Below are positions 55,430 through 64,000 of a stretch of 64,000 bases of DNA, piece after piece. A model generated the notes under the pieces. That model was not told where the DNA came from. It saw only the letters and a program-made list of their open reading frames with translations, and did not search any database. The translations under genes and the position numbers were made by a program. Source of the DNA: Microcoleus sp. (GTDB lineage Bacteria; Cyanobacteriota; Cyanobacteriia; Cyanobacteriales; Microcoleaceae); assembly GCA_042408215.1 (NCBI GenBank), contig JAYFMW010000006.1, positions 736,001 to 800,000 of the forward strand. Reading direction: 5' to 3'. The stretch's first letter is position 1. Each line of letters begins with the position of its first letter.

Positions 55430-55502
55430 GGCTCAGTGGCGCAGTGGTTAGCGCAGGGGACTCATAAGCCCAAGGTCGCAGGTTCAAATCCCGCCTGAGC
55501 CA
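55430..55502 (+). tRNA. tRNA-Met (CAT)
   Basis: GGCTCAG/CTGAGCC acceptor stem, CTCATAA anticodon loop, GTTCAAAT T-loop; CCA not encoded. Confidence 0.92.
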
Positions 55503-55562
55503 TAATGTAATTACAATCAGCACGCTCTCAGTTTTGAGAGTGTGTTTTTTATAGCCGAAGGC

Positions 55563-55842
55563 AGAAGGAAGTTCGGCAACGGATTCGCTCCACGGATTTA
55601 ACGGATTTAACGGATGTAACGGATTTAACGGATGTAACGCCGGGAAGGAAGAAGGAAGAAGGAAGTTCGGCAACGGATTCTGTAACGGATTTAACGGATT
55701 TAACGGATTTAACGGATTTAACGCCGGGAAGGAAGAAGGAAGAAGGAAGTTCGGCAACGGATTCTGTAACGGATTTAACGGATTTAACGGATTTAACGGA
55801 TTTAACGCCGGGAAGGAAGAAGGAAGAAGGAAGAAGGAAGGC
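55563..55842. repeat. Three composite units GAAGGAAGTTCGGCAACGGATT-(TAACGGATT)n-GCCGGGAAGG
   Basis: Directly visible tandem repeat downstream of the tRNA. Confidence 0.9.
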
Positions 55843-56102
55843 ACTCTGAGATTGATTTTGACACGGATACACGGATTAATTATCGAGCGTGAGGCATGAG
55901 TCAGATGTTGAAGCAAGAAGGAAGAAGTTATCTAGGAGAGAACGAAGAAGTCGAGGCGATCAGGCAATTCCCCGCAATGGTTTCAGCAATTAATCACGTC
56001 CCGTGGAACCGCTCAGGTTGCTATAAATTTTGAGTTCAGGTAGTTGTAGTCGTTATGAGTATGATATATTTGTAACAGTTCGTAAACAAGGAAACAAAAT
56101 CT

Positions 56103-56702
56103 ATGAGTAGTGAATGCCTCCGCGTCGGTCAACCTGCACCAGACTTCGCAGCAACAGCCGTAGTCGATCAGGAATTTAAGACAGTTAAACTGTCTGACTA
56201 TAAAGGCAAAAAGTATGTAGTCCTGTTCTTCTACCCCTTGGACTTCACCTTTGTCTGTCCGACTGAGATTACAGCATTTAGCGATCGCTTTGACGAATTC
56301 AATAAAATCGATACCGAAATCCTCGGCGTATCCGTTGACAGCGAATTCTCTCACCTCGCATGGATACAGTCAGACCGCAAATCCGGCGGAGTTGGCGACC
56401 TCAACTATCCTCTAGTTGCCGATATCAAAAAAACAATTAGTACCGACTACAACGTCCTCGACCCAGAAGCAGGTATTGCCCTCAGAGGTCTGTTTATCAT
56501 CGATAAAGAAGGCATCATCCAACACTCTACTATCAATAACCTTGCCTTCGGCCGCAACGTGGACGAAACTCTCCGCACTCTGCAAGCTATTCAACACGTC
56601 CAGTCTCACCCCGATGAAGTTTGTCCCGCCGGCTGGCAGCCCGGTGACAAAACCATGACTCCCGATCCCGTCAAGTCTAAAGTATTCTTTGCTGCTATCT
56701 AA
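56103..56702 (+). CDS. 2-Cys peroxiredoxin
   Basis: [14 protein letters not shown] and EVCPAGW. Confidence 0.96.
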   Translation: MSSECLRVGQPAPDFAATAVVDQEFKTVKLSDYKGKKYVVLFFYPLDFTFVCPTEITAFSDRFDEFNKIDTEILGVSVDSEFSHLAWIQSDRKSGGVGDLNYPLVADIKKTISTDYNVLDPEAGIALRGLFIIDKEGIIQHSTINNLAFGRNVDETLRTLQAIQHVQSHPDEVCPAGWQPGDKTMTPDPVKSKVFFAAI

Positions 56703-56827
56703 CTTGATAGTTTTGAGTTGTAGGGGCGGCGCCTGTGAGTGCCCGCCCGCTCGAAACTTTCCCTGCAATTCCCAATTCCCAATTCCCAATTCCCAATTCC
56801 CAATTCCCAATTACCCAATTAGGAAAT

Positions 56828-57367
56828 ATGCTGACTTCTACAGATTTTAGCGGCTTGTTAAATCAGCGGTTTTTTCAAAATTTATTGCCGGTTCCCGCTA
56901 CTAATGTTCTGAAGCTGGGACAGATGACCCCAGATTTTGAGTTGCCGGATATTACTAATGGCAAACTCGTACGCCTATCTAATTATCGTGGCGATAGGCC
57001 CGTGGTTCTCGCTTTCACTCGGATTTTTACTGAAAAGCAATATTGCCCTTTCTGTTTTCCTCATATTAAAGCTTTGAATGAAAACTGGGAAAAATTTGCC
57101 GATCGCAATATAGAATTATTGATGGTTACGAGTACCGACGATCGCCAAAGCCTGATTGTGGTTAGAGATTTAGGATTGAAAATGCCACTGTTGAGCGATC
57201 CTAGTTGTCAGATTTTTCGCGCCTATCAAGTCGGTCAAGCTTTAGGAGCTCCTTTGCCTGCTCAGTTTGTTTTGGATGAAAACGGCAAACTCCTATTTAA
57301 ACATTTGTTCTCCTTCATCGACCACAATGCTAGTGTGGAAACTTTGCTGAAATCTCTCCCTCAGTAG
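56828..57367 (+). CDS. AhpC/TSA-family peroxiredoxin-like protein
   Basis: PDFELPD, YCPFC, LLSDP; likely start MLTSTDF. Confidence 0.85.
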   Translation: MLTSTDFSGLLNQRFFQNLLPVPATNVLKLGQMTPDFELPDITNGKLVRLSNYRGDRPVVLAFTRIFTEKQYCPFCFPHIKALNENWEKFADRNIELLMVTSTDDRQSLIVVRDLGLKMPLLSDPSCQIFRAYQVGQALGAPLPAQFVLDENGKLLFKHLFSFIDHNASVETLLKSLPQ

Positions 57368-58079
57368 AAACACGAGATTGCGCTGTTCTAACTTGAAGTG
57401 TTTAACCGTAAATACACGCAGATCTAGCAACCGCCAAGAGACTTAAGACACTCTTAATCCCTGAAACTATTACTGTGACTCTATTTCCCTTCTTCCTTCT
57501 TCCGACTTCCATCGGACTTCTGCTATAAATACTGATTGTGCCAATTCCTGCGACGGAATACTCGGATGTTCGATCGACCGTAAGTTAGGCTATAGCTGGA
57601 ATGTAGCTACTACCAGTTTAAGCCGATGTTGTCTCCCTCATGTCGATCGAGCAAAATTGAATTGAGCGTCTTAGCATCCCATCCAGAGTTGTTGACAGGT
57701 TTAGATGCGTGGCTGCGGCTGGGTTTGCTCTCCCCCGCTGAGGTTGAGCTGTTGTGCCGCCAGTATCTAGTTTGCCCGTTAAAAGAGCCTGCTGTCGATC
57801 GCCCTGAAATTGATAGATCGATCGCTCAACTTCCAGCACAAAAAGTACCTGTCCTATCAACATCTAAATCATTACCTAACAGCCTAAAAAACGTTTCTAC
57901 ACCCACACAAACAGCTCAGACTCCAAATTTAATCCCTGATGTTCTGCACTCGCTCATGGCAGAAATTAGCGTCGTGTGGCTGCTATTTTTAGGAGTCTTC
58001 ATGGTAGTTGTCTCCTCTGGAGTATTAGCAGCCAGTCAGTGGGAAAAATTTCCGGCGGCGGGACAATATGCAGTTTTAC

Positions 58080-59436
58080 CAAGACAATGGGTCTAAAGCC
58101 CCGTCCTTCTAGGACGGCTTTAATTTCTATAAAGTGTAAATAATTATTAAACCTACGCACTTTTTAAACACAGTGCTTTGTAAAAATGATAGAATAATGG
58201 CATGATTGTACTAGAGTTTAAGTTAAAGGGCAAAGCGCAGCAATACCGGATTATCGACGAAATGATCCGCACAGCGCAGTTTGTCCGAAATAAAACTCTT
58301 AGACACTGGATTGATCATCAAGGAGTTAAGTTGGTCGATCTATACAAACAATGCGCCATCATGGCTAAAGAGTTTGAATGGGCAGGAAAACTTAACTCAA
58401 TGGCACGTCAAGCTTCGGCGGAACGTGCCATTTTTGCTATCCAACGTTTTTTCTCGAATTGTAAGGCTAAGAAGCCAGGGAAAAAGGGCTACCCGCAGTT
58501 TAAGAAACACACCCGTTCCGTAGAATATAAGACATCAGGATGGTCGCTTTCTACAGACAAAAGATGTCTAACTTTCACGGATGATTTTGCCGCTGGAACA
58601 TTTAGGCTACTTGGTAGTCGAGATTTGCACTTCTATGCACCTGGTGAAATCAAACGAATCAGAGTAATCCGTCGTGCCGATGGCTACTACGCTCAGTTTT
58701 GTATCAACGTGGAACGGACAGAGGAAACAATTCCTACTGGCAAAGCCGTAGGGTTGGATGTAGGTTTAAACCATTTCTACACTGATAGCACCGGGGAAAC
58801 AGTTCCTAATCCTCGACATTTGCGTAAAAGTGAAAAAGCTTTAAAGCGATTACAGAAACGAGTTTCTCGGAAAAAGAAAGGTTCGGGCAATCGTAAGAAA
58901 GCTATCAATAAGTTAGGTAGAAAACATTTGAAAGTCAGTAGGCAACGCAAAGACTTCGCCATCAACACGGCGTTGTGCGTGGTGAAATCTAGCGATTTCG
59001 TAGCCTAGGTCGACCTTCAGGTTAAAAATATGGTGAACAACCATAAGCTTGCTAAATCTATTAGTGATGCAGCTTGGTCGCAGTTTGCTCAATGGTTGCA
59101 ATACTTTGGAAAAGTGTACGGTAAAACAGTAGTTGCTGTTGCTCCTCAGTATACTTCTCAAGATTGCTCAACCTGTGGCAATAGTGTTAAGAAATCGCTT
59201 TCAGTTAGGACTCATGTTTGCAGTTGTGGTACAGTTTTAGATCGCGATCATAATGCAGCTTTGAATATTTTGGCTCTCGGATTGAAAGCCCGTGCTGGAA
59301 TTAATTTAAATACGGTGGGGCACACCGGAATTAACGCTTGGGGACAGACCGACCTCTACTCGCTGGTGGTAACATCAACGGGCAAGCCGACTGACTGAAC
59401 CAAGAATCCTCGTGCCTTCAGGCCGAGGAGTGTCAA
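58080..59436 (+). mobile_element. IS605-type tnpB element
   Basis: Inserted after TTTAC, ends GTGTCAA, no target duplication, subterminal hairpins. Confidence 0.9.
58202..59398 (+). pseudogene. tnpB: TnpB with an internal stop at 59006-59008
   Basis: GLDVG; FVA*VDL in place of the YEDL-type RuvC-II motif; DRDHNAA. Confidence 0.88.
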
Positions 59437-62400
59437 TAGCTTATACTTTAACTTTTTGGGCGATTAGCAGTTGGGCAAAAAGACAGCAAAATTTACACTT
59501 GACAGCTCAAACTTTGCAAATTGTGACGCTATTACTGGTGCCGATCAATTTTTGGGCGATGGATAGTTTTGGATTGTGGCGGTATCCTTGGGATTGGGCG
59601 GTAGCCATCGCAGCCGCAATTATTTTAACTTGGATGACTAGGGGGATTATTAAAGATCAGTATGAAAAAATTTCGGGAAAAAATGTAACTTTATCGATCG
59701 CCCTAAATCATTTAGGATTGAGTTATTTGCACTGGGGCTGGGGATTTGCGGGCTTTTCGCTGATTGCCGTTTATTTGGGCACGGTGGGCACTGCTGCTGC
59801 TACAGTTTATCAAGTTCGACAACAACCGTTGCCATCTATAAAACGCGAGACAACCAGTGAAAATTTGACTGCTGCTTTCGGTTCAAAACAAGATTTTCTT
59901 ACTTACAAAAAAGCGGCTTTAGTAGTTTATTCATTAAGTATTTTACTGAATCGGGCGATATTTGTCAAGGGTGTAGATATCGCTCAAATGGGTTTAGCTT
60001 TGGGGATTTGCGGTACTCTTTTGGGATGGCTGGATTGGCAGCAATTGGGAGAATCTTCAGCTACTGCAAACAATATATCCAAGCAGCATCATCCTAGCAA
60101 CTTCTTTAATTGGCAATTAGCCGGAGGGAGTTTGTTGGGTTTGGGGTGGCTGGTTTCCGTGGCGGAAATGCCCCTACAGGCGATCGCCGTTAGCGCCTTG
60201 GCTATTGGGTTTTTTTACAACCGTTTACTCAGGTTTTGGCAAAAGTTTGATTTGCTGATGCTTTTCGGGGTTGGGAATTCAGACTGTTTTGCTGTTTTGG
60301 CGGGTGATTCCTGTCGGAATTAAAACACAATTTGTCACATTTTTAACTCAAATTACCAATTCTCAGTCAACTCCTTGGGCGTTGTGCGGTGTTTTGCTCT
60401 TTCCTTATTTAATATTAATGGTAAGTGCGACGCAATGGCTCTACCGCCAGCAAAAGTTTCAACTTGCCAGTTTTGGCGAAAACCTTACTCTTGGTTTGGG
60501 GAGTGTTTTAACTGTTATTAGTTTAGTCAATCCCTATTTGCGATCGATCAATTTAGTAGCTTCTACTTTAACTTTAGGTTGGATAACTTGGAAATATGCA
60601 GTTACGGATAATTCCCGTCAAATTTCCTCACCTATTGCCGATGTTCGCCAAAAGCAAGATCCAACAAGTTTAGTTTACCTGACACACATTACTGGCTTAT
60701 CCGCAATCTGTTCGGGAATTGACTTATTTCTCCGAAACCAGACTCCTGAAGTGTGGGCTGCTATTTTATTACTTTTGATGGTAGCTGAATGGGGCTTTTT
60801 TGTCAAGATGAAAGCAGCAAATTCTCAAGAAAATTCTCCGTCTTTGCGCTTTCATCCTTCATGCTTCCAAAGTGCGTGGTATTTGGGATTAGTATTAGCC
60901 GGATTGAGCTTTATTCTGTTGCAAAGTGCTCTTTCAGCTATTGCCGATCGCCCTCAGTGGAGTTTAATCTGGTTGGCCACACCTTTAGCTTTGACTGCTG
61001 TTGCTAAATATACCGAATTGCCTCACAGACAAGTTGCTAGTACCTTTAGTTCGATCGCTCTAATTTTAGCACAATTTCTGACTTTTGATTTTCCGGGATG
61101 TCGGTTAATTGGTTTGGGTTTAGCAACCCTATTCATGTTAGTCAATACCTACTTTTTAGTCGAGATGTCAGCGGCAGCAATTACCGTGGGATTTGGCTTG
61201 AGCTTCCTAGCGGCATCTATTTTACAATTAGACTTTTTGTCTGGTTGGGATTGGGGAATTGCTGGGGCGATCGCTCTTTTGTGTTTGTGGTTGCTTCGCG
61301 ATATGATGATTCGCTATGCACAGCGCGTACCTTCCCCTTCTCCAATAGCCGAAATTTACGATCGAGCTTTAGATGGTTGGGCTATCTTACTCGCCAGCTT
61401 GCTGTTGACAATTATCACTGTTTATTCATTTAGCTTATACACAGACACTAGCTTGGATTTTCTGTCATCTGTTCAAGTATTTATTGCTACTTTGGGAACA
61501 ATTACTGCTGTTGTTTACCGCAGTTATCGACAAATTTCGCCTTGGGCAATTTATGCCCTAGCTTGGAGTTTGGAGTTGCTGACTGCTGTTGGTTTGAGTT
61601 TTGTCGATCGCACTACAATTAATTTAGCAGTTGCTAATATTGCTCTCGGATTATCCACACAATTATTGGGTGATGTCTGGAGACACCGAAACCCCGTTAG
61701 CGTTAGCGAAGCGATCCGAAGGAAAGCCCTCGAAGAGGATCGCACAATTTTACCTAGTGTTCATGTTATACCTTTGGTTTACGGGCTGTTGGGTTTGATT
61801 TTGCGATCGCACACTTTTACGAATTGGACTGGTTTAACTGTTTTAGGTGCGTCTTTAATTGCGATCGGAGTTGGTAGGCGGCAGCAAGAATTTAAACCTC
61901 TGATTTATTTGGGATTAATTGGCGTTTCTATTTCTGCCTATGAATCAGTGCTTTATCAACTTTTTCAAACACCAGGAGGAGCTTTTGGCGATGGCTTAAT
62001 CCTGCTCGCAACTCTCGGCACAACTTTAACATACATCTATCGCCTTTTATCTCCTTGGCTGAGCAACTATTTGCGTTTAACTAATACCGAAATCACAATA
62101 TTTGCACACCTGCACTGGGTTTTGAGCAGTTGGCTGATGATTTCAGATTCTACGAATGTTATCCAATCTAATCTCAATTTAGGATTAGTCACGGGTGCTT
62201 TATTAGTTCAATACGCTTTCTTACAAGGGCGAAATAATCCCGATCGCCAATGGGTAGAAATTTGGATTTACTTAGGCTGGCTAGAAGCCTTTGGTATCCG
62301 GCTTTATTGGATCAATACACCTTTAGTCAAGTATATTTCTGGGCCCTTGGGGCCTTGGAAAGTTGCCCTCGCCTCTCTATTTGCCTATTTCATTTACATC

Positions 62401-63164
62401 ATGCCTTGGGAAAGGTGGGCTTGGTCAAAACATCCCTGGAAAATCATCGCTTCCCTGATTCCAATGGTGGCTATTTTGGAAAGTCCAGCTAAGTTTTATC
62501 CGATTAGTTTGCTGATAGCTGCCGCCTTCTATATTTTCCTGGCTTGGGAAAAGCAACAAGTCCGTTTTACCTACGTGAGTGTGGCAATAATTGACTGGAT
62601 ATTGCTGCGCTGGTTTTGGCAAATTGGATTGACTCAGCCAGAGTTTTATGTTACTCCTTTCGGACTTTCTTTGCTTTACATTAGTCAGTTCGATCGCACT
62701 CTTAAATTACCCGAACAAAAACCACTGCGCCACAATCTGCGAATGCTAGGAACAGCGCTAATTTGCGGGATACCTTTGTTGACTCAGCAGAACAATGGTT
62801 TGGTTGCAGGAGCTTTTAGTTTGGCCGCGATAGCAGCAGGTTTGTCACTGCGAGTTCGGGCGTTTTTGTTTGTGGGAACGGGGATATTTTTAATCAATGT
62901 TTTCTATCAGTTGGTAGTTCTGATATTTGATCGCCCGCTGATTAAATGGGCGATTGGTTTGGCTTTTGGGATTGTGTTTATTTGGATTGCTGCTACTTTT
63001 GAAACTCGGCGCGATCGCATTACCGCTTTCCTGCACCATTGGATTCTTCAATTACAATCCTGGGAGTAGATTTATTCAATTTGGGATTTGGGATTTGGGA
63101 TTTCGGATTTAGGGAATTACGCATCAAAATCAAAGAAACCGGGTTTTTTGCCATTTCTACTGCT

Positions 63165-64000
63165 TTGACATCCACCCCGACCTAAAGGTACGGGGATTCC
63201 ATCTATTTAAGCAGATCAAAAATTGACAACTGCTTAAATTCTGGTTGGGTTGACGCTTCACGGGCTACTGCTACCTTGGCGGTAGTCTTACGTCTGCCTC
63301 CACGTCCGTTTAAAGTCTCCGAATGCCCTCCGGCGACCTTAATATTAATTGCCGCGTTAACATCTCTATCGTGAGAACTGCCACAATTAAGACAAATCCA
63401 CTCTCTAACATTTAACTCTTTTTTGCCACCGCGAAAACCACAGCAAGAGCAGGTCCCAGAAGTGGGAGTCCATCTATCAATCATCCGAAAATCACGCCCA
63501 TACATTACCGACTTAGCCTCCAACATAGTTCTAAAACTACGCCATCCTAAATCAGAAATAGCACGGGACAATTTGCGATTTTTCATCATACCTGAAACAT
63601 TCAAATCTTCTAAGACTATTGTTTGGTTTTCACGAATAATCTGAGTTGATAACTTATGCAAAAAATCGGTTCTGGTATCTTTAACTTTGGCGTGAAGTTT
63701 AGCTAATCTTTTTCTAGCTACTTCCCTTCTTTTACTCCCTTTTTGTTTTCGAGAAAGATTACGCGATAATTTTCTTAATCCTTTCAATCTTTTCTTTAAA
63801 GGTTTAGGAGATTTGATCTTTTTACCATTACTTAAAGTAGCAAAGTCTGTTATTCCTAAATCTATTCCTACAGAATTATCATTCTTAGGTAATTGTTGAG
63901 GATTAAACTCAACTACAAAACTCACAAAATATCTGTCAGCGCTATCTTTAAGAATTGTTGCTGATGATGGTTTTGCTGGCTTGCCCTGAGCGTCGAAGGG
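63165..64000 (-). mobile_element. tnpB: IS605-type element with the C-terminal part of tnpB (ORF 63203-63925), continuing towards the window edge
   Basis: GIDLG, LEDL, HDRD; right end ...GGATGTCAA at 63165. Confidence 0.85.

Larger units (their letters stand above)
57626..63069 (+). pseudogene. Large multi-pass membrane protein (DUF2157-like), split by an IS and a frameshift
   Basis: Removing 58080-59436 restores GQYAVL-LAYTL; +1 frameshift near the G run at about 60267-60270. Confidence 0.82.

Noticed and set aside
55563..55842. Repeat array next to the tRNA as a CRISPR array or att site, and ORFs 55374-55916 and 55549-55872
   Set aside because: No unique spacers, integrase or duplicated tRNA 3' end; the ORFs are repeat-derived and one is antisense to the tRNA
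58080..59436. IStron or self-splicing IS
   Set aside because: Only about 120 bp precede tnpB, too short for a group I intron core

Overview
64 kb from a filamentous cyanobacterium, probably Microcoleus/Tychonema-like (very frequent HIP1 GCGATCGC, heptamer STRR-type repeats, typical gene content). Housekeeping and signalling genes include a PAS/GAF histidine kinase, a LOV-containing GGDEF-EAL protein, acnB, an ABC substrate-binding protein, a class III cyclase, mnmA, nnr, an M61 peptidase, a Crp regulator, a CGTase-like amylase, gshA, trmL, a LysM/M23 peptidase, tRNA-Met and two peroxiredoxins. They are interleaved with two toxin-antitoxin pairs and heavy mobile-element activity. Highlights: (1) a graspetide-like RiPP locus with a divergent HTH gene, an unannotated precursor broken by two stop codons, and an ATP-grasp ligase (35.1-37.4 kb); (2) an apparently six-layer nest at 40.2-49.6 kb (IS605 tnpB > group II intron > second tnpB element > DDE IS > IS630 > IS701-like), where most junctions rejoin exactly; (3) two related group II introns whose EBS loops match their hosts, one a conserved tnpB site and one a MITE end; (4) two short nuclease-less OMEGA-type elements (a HEARO-like RNA and a TnpB right-end RNA); (5) a duplicated hairpin flanked by convergent sigma70 promoters; (6) a repeat family inserted in-frame into conserved proteins. 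All family assignments come from motifs recognised by eye; no searches were run.
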